64,000 bases of DNA from Sulfurimonas sp. (GTDB lineage Bacteria; Campylobacterota; Campylobacteria; Campylobacterales; Sulfurimonadaceae). This document shows positions 1 to 8,986 of the stretch, in pieces. The notes beneath the pieces were generated by a model. It did not search any database and was not told where the DNA came from. It saw nothing but the letters and a program-made list of their open reading frames with translations. The stretch covers positions 28,797 to 92,796 of the forward strand of contig NZ_JAQVKP010000009.1 in assembly GCF_028694605.1 (NCBI RefSeq), in the 5' to 3' direction. Position numbers and translations under genes: made by a program. How positions within the stretch are numbered: position 1 is the stretch's first letter; each line of letters starts with the position of its first letter.

Positions 1-2
1 AT

Positions 3-1484
3 AATGAAGACCTAAACCTAAAAACAAAAACCCTAACATTCTCTAACTCAACAGATTCTACCTACACATCAGGAAATAGCTTTAATGTAGGAACAAATAT
101 AGGATTCACACCTGATGCAAAAGACCCACAACCAAACGATGATTCTACAACTAAAGTAAACTCAAGCAGCTTGGCATTTGCAAACTCTATGGGCTACCAA
201 AGAGCAAAAACACTAGCAACTCTAGGTGAAGGTCAAGTAACCGTAACAGACAAAGAAAACTCAGATGATACAACAAGCCTAAACAGAGATACTTCCAACA
301 TCTCTAAAACCATGATAAACACAAACTACGGAGTGAAAGTAGATGCTACGCTTGACCATAGATTGCTTACACAAGAGGGGAGAGAAGAGATAAAGCAAGA
401 TTATAAAGATATGGATAAAAATATGAAAACTATAGCAGATACTTTACCAAGTGCTATTAGTGATAATAAAGTCGAAGCAGTCGCCGGTACATTATGGGAT
501 AATATAGCTGCATACGCTACATTAGGCGTACTTCCATCAAATGGAAACAATGGCGGAGTGTTGGGAGAGATACCGATTCTCTCAGGTAATAAAGATTCAG
601 TACAAGAGGCATTGCAAGTAGTTAGTTCAAATGCACCGCTGTATCAACAAGACTCAGATAAATTTATACCAATAGAGCAAAGTACTGCATATAAGCAGAT
701 GAGCAAGGAGGAACAATCGCAGGTACAAGGTCTTTATATCTCAAAAGAACCAGTGACAATAACTAAAGAGAATGCCACTTACCAAAACGGAGGAAACGGA
801 ATCATGAATGATAAAGGACTGGCAATAATAAATGTACTAGAACAGACAGGAATGATAGGACAATATCAAACCGATAAAACAAAACCTGTAGAAGCAACCG
901 TGTTTTACAACCCAAGTAGAGGAATAGTAGCCGACTTGCTAGAATCAGCAGTAGATACGGTAGGCGGTACCACAAGTATAGCAAAACAATATGGAGAATT
1001 TAATGTAGATGTAACAACCGCAAGAGGGACAGCAGGAGTAAATATTACAAACCACTCTCAAAGCAACCTGCTTCTAAAAAGCGGAATCAACTATATCAAT
1101 AGTAGTGATAATACGGGAGCTAAGTTTATGCCACAGGAGTATTTTTATACAGGCAAGGTTGATGCGAATGGTAAGCCTATTTACGAACTGCCTACCTATG
1201 TTTCATTTGGTTCGCCTGTGAATGGGAATGAGTTGAAAATGGCAATTGAAGGAACTAAAAATAATCCAGGTTTGGGCTATACATATAAAGGAGCATTTAC
1301 TAAACCTGATGACTTTGTGGGTGAGGGATTGGGAGGAAATAGAGGAGTTAATGGAGAGGCTTCACTGGTTGATAGAATCAACCTCTTTAATACTTTCAAA
1401 TTAGTAACACCAACTTCACCACACAGTAGTTATAAGCCTACTGATTATCCAGAATTAAAAGATGTGACGGGGTATAAAGAATGA
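3..1484 (+). CDS. C-terminal end of a large two-partner-secretion (TpsA/CdiA/FHA-type) exoprotein with a non-repetitive C-terminal toxin-like domain; the 5' end lies outside the window
   Basis: I read frame 3 codon by codon from nt 3 to the tracked ORF at 171 and found no stop. The sequence is Ser/Thr/Asn-rich ('TFSNSTDSTYTSGNSFNVGTNIGF'). It is followed by 'SLNRDTSNISK...DHRLLTQEGREEI', which resembles the junction preceding variable C-termini in FHA/CdiA-family proteins. The last ~230 aa are non-repetitive. Confidence 0.6.
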   Translation, partial: NEDLNLKTKTLTFSNSTDSTYTSGNSFNVGTNIGFTPDAKDPQPNDDSTTKVNSSSLAFANSMGYQRAKTLATLGEGQVTVTDKENSDDTTSLNRDTSNISKTMINTNYGVKVDATLDHRLLTQEGREEIKQDYKDMDKNMKTIADTLPSAISDNKVEAVAGTLWDNIAAYATLGVLPSNGNNGGVLGEIPILSGNKDSVQEALQVVSSNAPLYQQDSDKFIPIEQSTAYKQMSKEEQSQVQGLYISKEPVTITKENATYQNGGNGIMNDKGLAIINVLEQTGMIGQYQTDKTKPVEATVFYNPSRGIVADLLESAVDTVGGTTSIAKQYGEFNVDVTTARGTAGVNITNHSQSNLLLKSGINYINSSDNTGAKFMPQEYFYTGKVDANGKPIYELPTYVSFGSPVNGNELKMAIEGTKNNPGLGYTYKGAFTKPDDFVGEGLGGNRGVNGEASLVDRINLFNTFKLVTPTSPHSSYKPTDYPELKDVTGYKE

Positions 1485-2221
1485 GAAATATAATATTTAT
1501 GCTAAGTGTATTATTTTTAATCGGGTGTTCAAGTGTAAAAGTTTATAAGTTAGAATCTTATACGAAATTATCAAGTCCAAACATTTCATTACAAACACCT
1601 AATTCGGTACCTTCTGTTCCATGGAAAACATTTGACTTGCCTACAGATATTGGAGTAAGAGATTGGTTGAGTATATGGCGTCACCTCCCCAACATGATGA
1701 GCGAGGATATGAGGATTACGGTAAGAATTATCCCACAAGACGAGATAGCAAGTGATTATTTACTATACAAAAATAAAAGTAATCAAATGGAGGAACGAAT
1801 TAAAAACTTTAAAATGTCTGATTGGGAGAAAAAGAACAACGCTGAAAGAGGCGTGAATTATGTGAAACAATATGTTGATTTTATCGGAGGACTAAAATGC
1901 GGTACAAGAGTTGAATCTTCAAATATTGCTCTTGGTGTAGGTACAAAAAGCTATCAAACAAATTGTACTTACTTTGATAATCAAGGTGGAGCCAAAAATA
2001 TTCATCTTGCTTACAGCTACACCTATACCCACAGCGGAACTAAGAACGACAGAGATACAAAAAGTAGTTCCATTACCCCTCAAGCTATGCAAACACAGTT
2101 CAAACAAGATATGAAAGCCATATTCGATTCTCTAGTGATTCACGATATGGATAGAGAGAAAATGAATAAAGAGGAATTGCTTTATGATAAAAAGTATGAT
2201 TTAGAGGGTGAGTTTAGATAA
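1481..2221 (+). CDS. lipoprotein of unknown family; candidate immunity protein for the upstream C-terminal domain
   Basis: ATGA overlap (1481-1484) with the upstream stop. The N-terminus 'MRNIIFMLSVLFLIGCSS' is a signal peptide with a lipobox cysteine. I recognise no catalytic motifs. Confidence 0.55.
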   Translation: MRNIIFMLSVLFLIGCSSVKVYKLESYTKLSSPNISLQTPNSVPSVPWKTFDLPTDIGVRDWLSIWRHLPNMMSEDMRITVRIIPQDEIASDYLLYKNKSNQMEERIKNFKMSDWEKKNNAERGVNYVKQYVDFIGGLKCGTRVESSNIALGVGTKSYQTNCTYFDNQGGAKNIHLAYSYTYTHSGTKNDRDTKSSSITPQAMQTQFKQDMKAIFDSLVIHDMDREKMNKEELLYDKKYDLEGEFR

Positions 2222-2379
2222 ATGTCTTGTTTGCCAAATATCAAATTTATAAAATACATAAATACACTAAACTCTGGAATTTACAGAAATTATTTTACGC
2301 TACCGAAGCTTCTGTATGATAAAGCACTTTTATAGCTCCCTTTGACTATAATTACGCCTCAAAGACGATAGGAGAAATA

Positions 2380-3192
2380 ATGGATTTTTCAAAATATACA
2401 GACCCGGCAATGCTTTATGTGAGTGAGTATGGAGTTAAAATTGTTCTCGCACTCGCTATCTTTTTTATAGGAAAAACGGTTGCCAAAAAAGGTGCAGCGC
2501 TTATCAAAAATCTGATGATTAAAGCCCATGTTGATCTCACGCTTGTCAATTTCCTTGCAAATGTACTCTACTTTGTACTGCTCATTGTTGTCGTTTTGGC
2601 ATCTCTTAGTACGCTTGGTATCAACATAGCATCCTTTTTGGCGATTTTTGGGGCTGCTTCTTTGGCGATTGGTCTTGCACTCAAAGATTCACTCTCAAAT
2701 ATCGGTGCAGCGGTGCTTATCATCATTTTTAGACCGTTTAAAGTCGGGGATTTTGTCGATACGGCGGGTGTTTCTGGGACTATTGAGGAGATTAACCTTT
2801 TCTCCACCATTATGGCGACACCTGACAACAAGACTATTATGGTTCCAAACTCTTCGGTTATCGCTTCCAACATCATCAACTACTCCAACAAGCCGACACG
2901 AAGAGTTACGCTTACCTTTGGCATCGACTACGGCGATGATTTGAAGCTTGCAAAAGAGGTACTTTGGCAACTCATCAAAGAGGATGAGAGGGTGCTTCAA
3001 GACCCTGCTCCTTTTGTAGCAGTTGCAGCCCTTGCAGATAACAGCGTCAATCTGGAAGTTCGCGTCTGGGTAAAGACTGAGGAGTATTGGAATGTTCATT
3101 TTGACATGATTGAAAAAGCAAAACTGGCATTTGACGCCAACGGTATATCTATCCCGTTCCCACAAATGAATATACATCTTAAAAAGGATTAA
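2380..3192 (+). CDS. mscS: small-conductance mechanosensitive channel (MscS family)
   Basis: Three N-terminal TM helices followed by 'FRPFKVGDFVDTAGVSGTIEEINLFSTIMATPDNKTIMVPNSSV', the MscS beta-domain signature. AGGAG lies 6 nt upstream of the ATG. Confidence 0.9.
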   Translation: MDFSKYTDPAMLYVSEYGVKIVLALAIFFIGKTVAKKGAALIKNLMIKAHVDLTLVNFLANVLYFVLLIVVVLASLSTLGINIASFLAIFGAASLAIGLALKDSLSNIGAAVLIIIFRPFKVGDFVDTAGVSGTIEEINLFSTIMATPDNKTIMVPNSSVIASNIINYSNKPTRRVTLTFGIDYGDDLKLAKEVLWQLIKEDERVLQDPAPFVAVAALADNSVNLEVRVWVKTEEYWNVHFDMIEKAKLAFDANGISIPFPQMNIHLKKD

Positions 3193-3198
3193 AAAATA

Positions 3199-4005
3199 AT
3201 GAAAAAAATAGTCGCACTTTCACTTGTTGCCTTCTCGCTTATGGCGGAGCAATATATACAAGATGTCAAAGCTGAGATCAAAGAGACCAAACAAAAGATT
3301 GCACGTCTCAATGCAAATCTCAAAGAGCTTGAGAGCGCTCTGCCCAAAGAGGAGCTAACTTATAAAGCTCGCGCAGAGGCGGGCTATATGCTTAACTCAG
3401 GAAATTCCGACACCGAAGCGTTCAATATCGATGCCAAACTAAGCGGCAAATGGGATTTGCACACACTTGAAATTTCTATGCTTTGGCAGTATGGAGAAGA
3501 TAATGATGTAGAAAACACAAACAGATTCTTAGGTGAGTTGGTTTATGACTATAAACTCTCACAAAGGCTCTCGCTGGATTATCTTATGGGATATAAAGAT
3601 GATAAGTTTTCAGGTTTTGACTACCAGTTCTACACGGGTCCGGGTGCAAAATATGTAACCATCAAAACAGATTTTCAAGACTTAACGCTTGATGGAAATC
3701 TGCTCTATGCTAAAGATAAGATTTTTGGCAGCACAGATAGAACATACGCCGCATACAGAGTTCAAGGTGTTTACAATATGCAACTGCTGGAAAATCTCAA
3801 GTTCCATCAAACTCTTAACTACAGATCAGAGTTTTCAGATATAGAGAACTACTTCGCATACTCAAAAACCGGTTTATCGACAAGGCTGTCTGATATATTT
3901 TCAGCCGGAGTAGCGTACTATATTGACTATACAAACAAACCGGCACTTACGGGAAAAACCTCAACAGATACAAAATTCACATTTAATCTTATTGCGGATT
4001 ACTAA
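3199..4005 (+). CDS. DUF481 (YdiY-like) outer-membrane beta-barrel protein with an N-terminal coiled-coil segment
   Basis: Signal peptide, alternating beta-strand pattern, 'GNSDTEAFN' and a C-terminal aromatic residue (…LIADY), typical of the DUF481 family. Confidence 0.7.
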   Translation: MKKIVALSLVAFSLMAEQYIQDVKAEIKETKQKIARLNANLKELESALPKEELTYKARAEAGYMLNSGNSDTEAFNIDAKLSGKWDLHTLEISMLWQYGEDNDVENTNRFLGELVYDYKLSQRLSLDYLMGYKDDKFSGFDYQFYTGPGAKYVTIKTDFQDLTLDGNLLYAKDKIFGSTDRTYAAYRVQGVYNMQLLENLKFHQTLNYRSEFSDIENYFAYSKTGLSTRLSDIFSAGVAYYIDYTNKPALTGKTSTDTKFTFNLIADY

Positions 4006-5095
4006 CTCCTCTCCCCCAAAGAGCTAAAAACCAAGTTGCCGTAAGTGCGATAAGCATCGAACTTAAAAAAAGGTAGCTTGGGTAGAGTTCGTAAACATAC
4101 CCTGCGATTAATGCCCCTGCAAACGCTCCAAAACCGTACGTGATGCCGGAAAAAAGTTGTTGCGCTAAAGATTTGTGTTTGTACAGATAAAAAAGATAAC
4201 TGATTGCCGCTGAGTGAAAAAGTGCAAAACTAAGCGCATGAAGTGCTTGAGATAGGAACAAAAGAGCTGTGACATCCGGAAATGCAAAAACCAAAAACCA
4301 GCGCAGCGCCGTTACAAAAGTAGTTATTTGAAGGATAAGAAGCAGATTTTTGCTCAAAAGCGCACCCTGAAAATAGAGCATAAAAATCTCTACTATGACA
4401 CCAAAGCTCCAGAGATAAATCGTCATATCCAAGCTTACGCCGTGGTCGGTTGTATAGATGGTAAAAAAGTTATAAAAAGAACCAAAACTTACCTGCATAA
4501 GTGTAAGCCCCAGCCACAATTTCCAATCTGCCAAAAGGTCAATGTCGTTAGTATGTTCGCTCTGCTTTTCCAAAAGAGTATCTGCTTTTTTGGCAATCAC
4601 AAAGCCAAAAAATGCGGTGATAAGCACTAAAATCAAAAGATAAAGAAGTGCAACGGAGGGTGAACTAAGAAACTTTACTAAAACAAGCGCAACCAAGATA
4701 AATCCGACCGAACCAAAAAGCCGAATCTTCCCGTAACGCTCTTTGCCAAGATAGTTCAGTGAGATAAGTTCGATGTATGGAAGTACAATGCTAAGCCCGA
4801 TGCCAAGTGATATGTTAGAGAGAAGCAGTTTGTAGAAACTATCAAGCGAAAAGTAAAACGAGAGCGCACTCAAACACATAATAAGAAGCGAGGCATTGAA
4901 GCTTTTTACATTGATTTTAAGTCCATTGATAAAAGCAAAAGGAACTAAAAAACGCACAAGCGGAGCCGCCGCAAAGATGATACCTATGTCGCTTGGAACA
5001 TATCCCGCCATAGAGAGCACTTTTGGCAGAAAAATGATATAAACTCCGATGACTGAAAAGTAAAAAAAGTAAAAAGTTGCTAAAAGAAATGACAT
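3989..5095 (-). CDS. MFS transporter (HcaT/PPP-like MFS_1_like family)
   Basis: About 12 predicted TM helices. The N-terminus 'FYFFYFSVIGVYIIFLPKVL...' resembles the HcaT-type MFS N-terminus. Confidence 0.7.
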   Translation of the reverse strand: MSFLLATFYFFYFSVIGVYIIFLPKVLSMAGYVPSDIGIIFAAAPLVRFLVPFAFINGLKINVKSFNASLLIMCLSALSFYFSLDSFYKLLLSNISLGIGLSIVLPYIELISLNYLGKERYGKIRLFGSVGFILVALVLVKFLSSPSVALLYLLILVLITAFFGFVIAKKADTLLEKQSEHTNDIDLLADWKLWLGLTLMQVSFGSFYNFFTIYTTDHGVSLDMTIYLWSFGVIVEIFMLYFQGALLSKNLLLILQITTFVTALRWFLVFAFPDVTALLFLSQALHALSFALFHSAAISYLFYLYKHKSLAQQLFSGITYGFGAFAGALIAGYVYELYPSYLFLSSMLIALTATWFLALWGRGVSNPQ

Positions 5096-5190
5096 ACGGT
5101 ATCATAACTCAGCTACCCTTTACTTTAACAGAAAAAAGTCGCTATAATGTACTTTTTTATCACAATAGCTTATGTGAAGGGGTTGTTATT

Positions 5191-5679
5191 ATGCTCAAAG
5201 AGATGAAAGAGGAAGATTTTATTGTCTCAAAAACAGACCTAAGAGGTCGCATCACTTACTGCAATCAAATTTTTATGGATATGGCGGAGTACTCCGAAGA
5301 GGAGCTGCTAGGCAAGGCGCATAGCATCATAAGGCATCCGGATATGCCAAAAGCGGTTTTTCGCTACCTTTGGGAGACTATCCCCAAAAAAGAGGAAGTT
5401 TTTGCCTATGTACTTAACAAAACTAAAGGTGGCAATGACTACTGGGTTTATGCCAACATCACGGCAACGCTTGATGAACGCGGCAACATTGTGGACTACT
5501 ACTCGGTTAGACGCCGACCAAATCCAAAAGCACTCCAAATCATTATCCCGCTCTACCAAAAGATGCTCTCAGTTGAGAAAAGCAGCGGAGTTGACGCATC
5601 ATTTAAAGTTTTAACAGATATTTTACATGACAAAGGAGTCTCTTACGATGAGCTTATTATCTCTCTTCAAGATCAATAA
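5191..5679 (+). CDS. Aer/CetB-type (FAD-binding class) PAS domain protein
   Basis: '[44 protein letters not shown]...NDYWVYANI' matches the Aer/CetB PAS signature (RHPDMP). I moved the start to the second MLKEM (ATG 5191, preceded by GAAGGGG). The tracked start at 5077 would overlap the divergent MFS gene. Confidence 0.85.
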   Translation: MLKEMKEEDFIVSKTDLRGRITYCNQIFMDMAEYSEEELLGKAHSIIRHPDMPKAVFRYLWETIPKKEEVFAYVLNKTKGGNDYWVYANITATLDERGNIVDYYSVRRRPNPKALQIIIPLYQKMLSVEKSSGVDASFKVLTDILHDKGVSYDELIISLQDQ

Positions 5680-6958
5680 AAACAAACAACGCCATGAACA
5701 GATACACGATGAGATTGTTAAAGTTCTCAAAGACGCGGCGGATGGAAAGTTAAGCGGGCGTATAACGGGCATACCCAATGACAACTCAAAAGAGGCGGCA
5801 TTTGCATGGAGTATCAATGATGCGCTTGACCAGTTTGAAGCATTTATGCGTGACGTGCAGACATCCATAGAGAGTGCAGCAAACGGTAAAACATACAGAA
5901 GCACCAATCCGCAAGGTCTCCATGGCATCTTTCGCGTAACGTCCGAGAGACTTAAGCTTGCTGTCTCCTCTATAGCTATGGGGTATGAAACACGAATCAA
6001 AGGTACTCTCTCTGATGAGCTTTCACAACTTGGCGGCGGTGTAGGCGGGGGACTTGGGATTGTGCAAAAAGATATTATTCTCTCGCAAGCAGGTTCAGAT
6101 GAGATAGCGCAAGCTTCACACAAAACAGCCGATCTCTCCTCGCAAAGCATAGAAGATGTTGATGCAATAAGCCAAAAACTCTCCACGCTTATGGAGTCTA
6201 TCTCCGATTCGCATGAAGTTATCATCCATCTTGAAGAACGTTCACGTGAAATCTCAAATGTTGTAAATCTTATCAAAGATATCGCTGACCAGACCAATCT
6301 CCTTGCTCTCAATGCTGCTATTGAAGCGGCACGTGCAGGAGAGCATGGGCGTGGATTTGCCGTAGTTGCCGATGAAGTACGCAAGCTTGCAGAGCGCACC
6401 CAAAAGGCAACCCATGAGATAGAAATCAATATCAAATCCCTACAGCAAGAGGCAAGTGAGATGCGTACAAGCTCTGATAGCATCTCCGATATTGCGCAAG
6501 AGTCCAGCAATGTTATCAGAGAGTTTCAGCAGACTTTTGCAGAACTGAACTCTTATGCGGAAAAATCATCAGAGGCTGCCATAGCTATAAACAACCGCCT
6601 CTTTACAACCCTAGTCAAAGTAGATCACATCATCTTCAAATCAAATGCCTACTCTGCGGTACTTAACTCTCACGCAAGCAAAGAGTTTGTAGATCATAAA
6701 AACTGCCGTATGGGTAAATGGTATCTAGGCGCAGGAGCACAGAAGTTTGGACATATGAAGAGTTTTAAAGAGATGGACAGTGTACATGCAAGTGTTCATG
6801 ATATGGTGCTAAAAAATCTTGAATTTGTAAAAAACAACACAGTGCTAAAAGGTGACCATCCAAAAATCATTGCTAAAAACTTTGGTGCAATGGAGCAATC
6901 TTCCGATACGCTCTTCCATCAACTTGATGCAATGGTAGAAGAGTATGCTAAAAAGTAG
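5648..6958 (+). CDS. soluble methyl-accepting chemotaxis protein with a C-terminal CZB (chemoreceptor zinc-binding) domain (TlpD-like)
   Basis: MCP signalling hairpin '[38 protein letters not shown]'. No TM helices. C-terminal '[11 protein letters not shown]...HASVHDMV' is the CZB H-x3-C...H motif. ATG 5648 has AGGAG 9 nt upstream. Confidence 0.9.
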   Translation: MSLLSLFKINKNKQRHEQIHDEIVKVLKDAADGKLSGRITGIPNDNSKEAAFAWSINDALDQFEAFMRDVQTSIESAANGKTYRSTNPQGLHGIFRVTSERLKLAVSSIAMGYETRIKGTLSDELSQLGGGVGGGLGIVQKDIILSQAGSDEIAQASHKTADLSSQSIEDVDAISQKLSTLMESISDSHEVIIHLEERSREISNVVNLIKDIADQTNLLALNAAIEAARAGEHGRGFAVVADEVRKLAERTQKATHEIEINIKSLQQEASEMRTSSDSISDIAQESSNVIREFQQTFAELNSYAEKSSEAAIAINNRLFTTLVKVDHIIFKSNAYSAVLNSHASKEFVDHKNCRMGKWYLGAGAQKFGHMKSFKEMDSVHASVHDMVLKNLEFVKNNTVLKGDHPKIIAKNFGAMEQSSDTLFHQLDAMVEEYAKK

Positions 6959-7139
6959 ATTTTGTCATAAAATAGTCAAAATCTTAAAACTATTTACTGA
7001 GCATTAACTCAGAGTGACTATCATTACATATCTCGATTATGTTCAACCCCTTTCATAGGAGAGATTTATTACCTATAAATTATTTTAATTATCCAGCCCT
7101 TCCCCCTTTTGGCTTGGATAATATGTTAAACTTCACTTT

Positions 7140-8642
7140 ATGAAAAAAATCATTCTTACAACGCTTAATTCAAGATTTACACACACTTCTATCGCCCTGC
7201 GCTATCTTTACGCCAATTTGCGAGAGTTGCAACAAGATGCGATGATTGCGGAGTTTAGCATCAATGATGCCATTCAAAGCATAGCGCAAAAACTCCTGCA
7301 ACACAAACCCCAAATCATCGGTATCGGGGTCTATATCTGGAACGTCTCACAAGTCCATGAACTTTTGCACATCATCAAAAAAGTATCACCGCAAACAGTT
7401 ATAGTTTTGGGCGGTCCTGAAGTTTCACATGAACCTTTTCGTGTAAATCTCGATGCCGCTGATTTTATCATCCAAGGCGAGGGGGACGAAGTATTTTATA
7501 AACTCTGCAAAAAAATCCTCTCTCATAATGCACCAAAAGAGAGAATCATCAAAATGAGCATGCCATCGCTCAAAAATATAGCACTTCCCTATCGCTACTA
7601 CACAGACGATGATATCAAAAACCGCTATATCTATGTCGAAGCATCTCGCGGATGCCCTTTTGAGTGTGAGTTTTGTCTCTCTTCTATGGACGAACGTGTG
7701 CGTGCGTTTGACCTTGATATACTCTTGGAAGAGTTTGAGCTTCTTTGGCAGCGAGGGGCTAGGAACTTCAAGTTTATAGATAGAACTTTCAACCTTAACA
7801 TAAAAACCGCCAACAGGCTGCTTGACTTTTTTTTGGCAAAACCCTCTCCCTATTTTGCCCATTTTGAGGTTGTACCGGATCATTTTCCAGAGTCGCTAAA
7901 AACAAAAATGAAACTCTTTGGTGAGGGTGCATTGCAGCTTGAGATAGGGATACAGACGCTCAATCCAGAGATTGCCGCCAATATCTCAAGACCGCTTAAG
8001 CTTGACAAAATCAAAGAGAACATCCGCTTTTTAGAGAATGAGACACATGCGCATATCCATCTTGACCTAATCGTCGGGCTGCCGGGTGAGACTTTGGAGA
8101 GTTTTGGCAAAAATCTTGATGAGTTGGTAAGTCTAAGCAGTTGCGAGATACAAATCGGCATACTCAAAAAGCTCTCAGGAACTTATATCAACCGTCATGA
8201 CATAGAGCATGGCATGGTCTATAGTGACATACCGCCCTATGATGTTTTGCAGACTTCCAAGCTCTCGTTTGAAGAGATTGGGGTAATGAAGCGATTTTCA
8301 AGGTTTTGGGACTTAACCTACAACAGCGGCAACTTCAAAGAGAGCGTTAAACTTATCTGGCAAGATGGAAGCGTCTTTGAAAATTTTTATGATTTTGGTA
8401 TTTGGATATATGCACAAACAGATGCAACATGGCAGATTTCGCTTCAAAGATTGGGAGAGCTTCTCTTTGCATACCTTTGTGAAGTAAAAAAGCTATCTCA
8501 GGAATTTGTAGCAAAAACAATGCTGCAAGATATGATGAAACTTCAAGGAAGAGTTGTCCCGCCCTACCTAAAACCATACACCCACGACACTCACGCTCCA
8601 ATCAAAAAAGGAACATCAGGTTTTAATAAAAGGCAGCAATAA
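7140..8642 (+). CDS. B12-binding-domain radical SAM protein (DUF4080-containing family)
   Basis: N-terminal 'KIILTTLNSRFTHTSIALRYLYANL' (B12-binding-like domain) and radical SAM cluster motif 'ASRGCPFECEFC' (CxxxCxxC). Confidence 0.85.
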   Translation: MKKIILTTLNSRFTHTSIALRYLYANLRELQQDAMIAEFSINDAIQSIAQKLLQHKPQIIGIGVYIWNVSQVHELLHIIKKVSPQTVIVLGGPEVSHEPFRVNLDAADFIIQGEGDEVFYKLCKKILSHNAPKERIIKMSMPSLKNIALPYRYYTDDDIKNRYIYVEASRGCPFECEFCLSSMDERVRAFDLDILLEEFELLWQRGARNFKFIDRTFNLNIKTANRLLDFFLAKPSPYFAHFEVVPDHFPESLKTKMKLFGEGALQLEIGIQTLNPEIAANISRPLKLDKIKENIRFLENETHAHIHLDLIVGLPGETLESFGKNLDELVSLSSCEIQIGILKKLSGTYINRHDIEHGMVYSDIPPYDVLQTSKLSFEEIGVMKRFSRFWDLTYNSGNFKESVKLIWQDGSVFENFYDFGIWIYAQTDATWQISLQRLGELLFAYLCEVKKLSQEFVAKTMLQDMMKLQGRVVPPYLKPYTHDTHAPIKKGTSGFNKRQQ

Positions 8643-8986
8643 GATATAATGTCATAAACTGTAAATGGAGACGATGTGAGACTACCTAAAGGATTTGGAA
8701 AAGGCTATTTTACACTTGCCGCTATTCAAGCCTGTGTCTCGCAAACCAAAATCTCCGCACTCTCTCAAAGCGTCTCCACTCTTAGCGGCAAACCGCTTCG
8801 CATAAAAAACAACTCTCCGCCGTCTAATTAATATTTTTTGTAAACACATAATTCTCGAAAAACTTGTTTTTAATAGCTTTAGAGGTGCCCTTTAGGGGGT
8901 TGTAGGGACTTAAGCAGCTGCCACAAAAACGGACGAGTTCGTTTTGGTGCGTAACATCAGATAATAAAATATTACTAAGGGCATCT

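Noticed and set aside
2568-3177. Several ORFs overlapping mscS on both strands (2568-2879, 2648-2944, 2695-3177)
   Set aside because: - They are all nested in the MscS coding region, whose own frame carries the family motifs.
- None has an independent signal.
5077-5190. N-terminal extensions offered by the ORF track (here, and likewise at 14548-14658, 18079-18093, 39542-39553, 53980-53991, 55033-55095)
   Set aside because: - In each case an internal ATG has a better Shine-Dalgarno sequence and coincides with the conserved N-terminus of the family.
- The extensions overlap divergent genes or promoter sequence.
5623-6510. 295-aa ORF on the minus strand opposite the chemoreceptor gene
   Set aside because: - It is fully antisense to a strongly supported MCP.
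- The sequence is low-complexity and Ser/Cys/Arg-rich, with no RBS.
- This is the typical shadow ORF of a codon-biased coiled-coil gene.
8870-8986. Calling the receptor leader a cobalamin (or TPP) riboswitch
   Set aside because: - 'GGTGCC...AGGG...GCTGCCAC' is loosely reminiscent of cobalamin aptamers. I cannot find a B12 box, the GGUGAAAAUCC-type core or a thi-box.
- I reported it only as an unclassified candidate leader.
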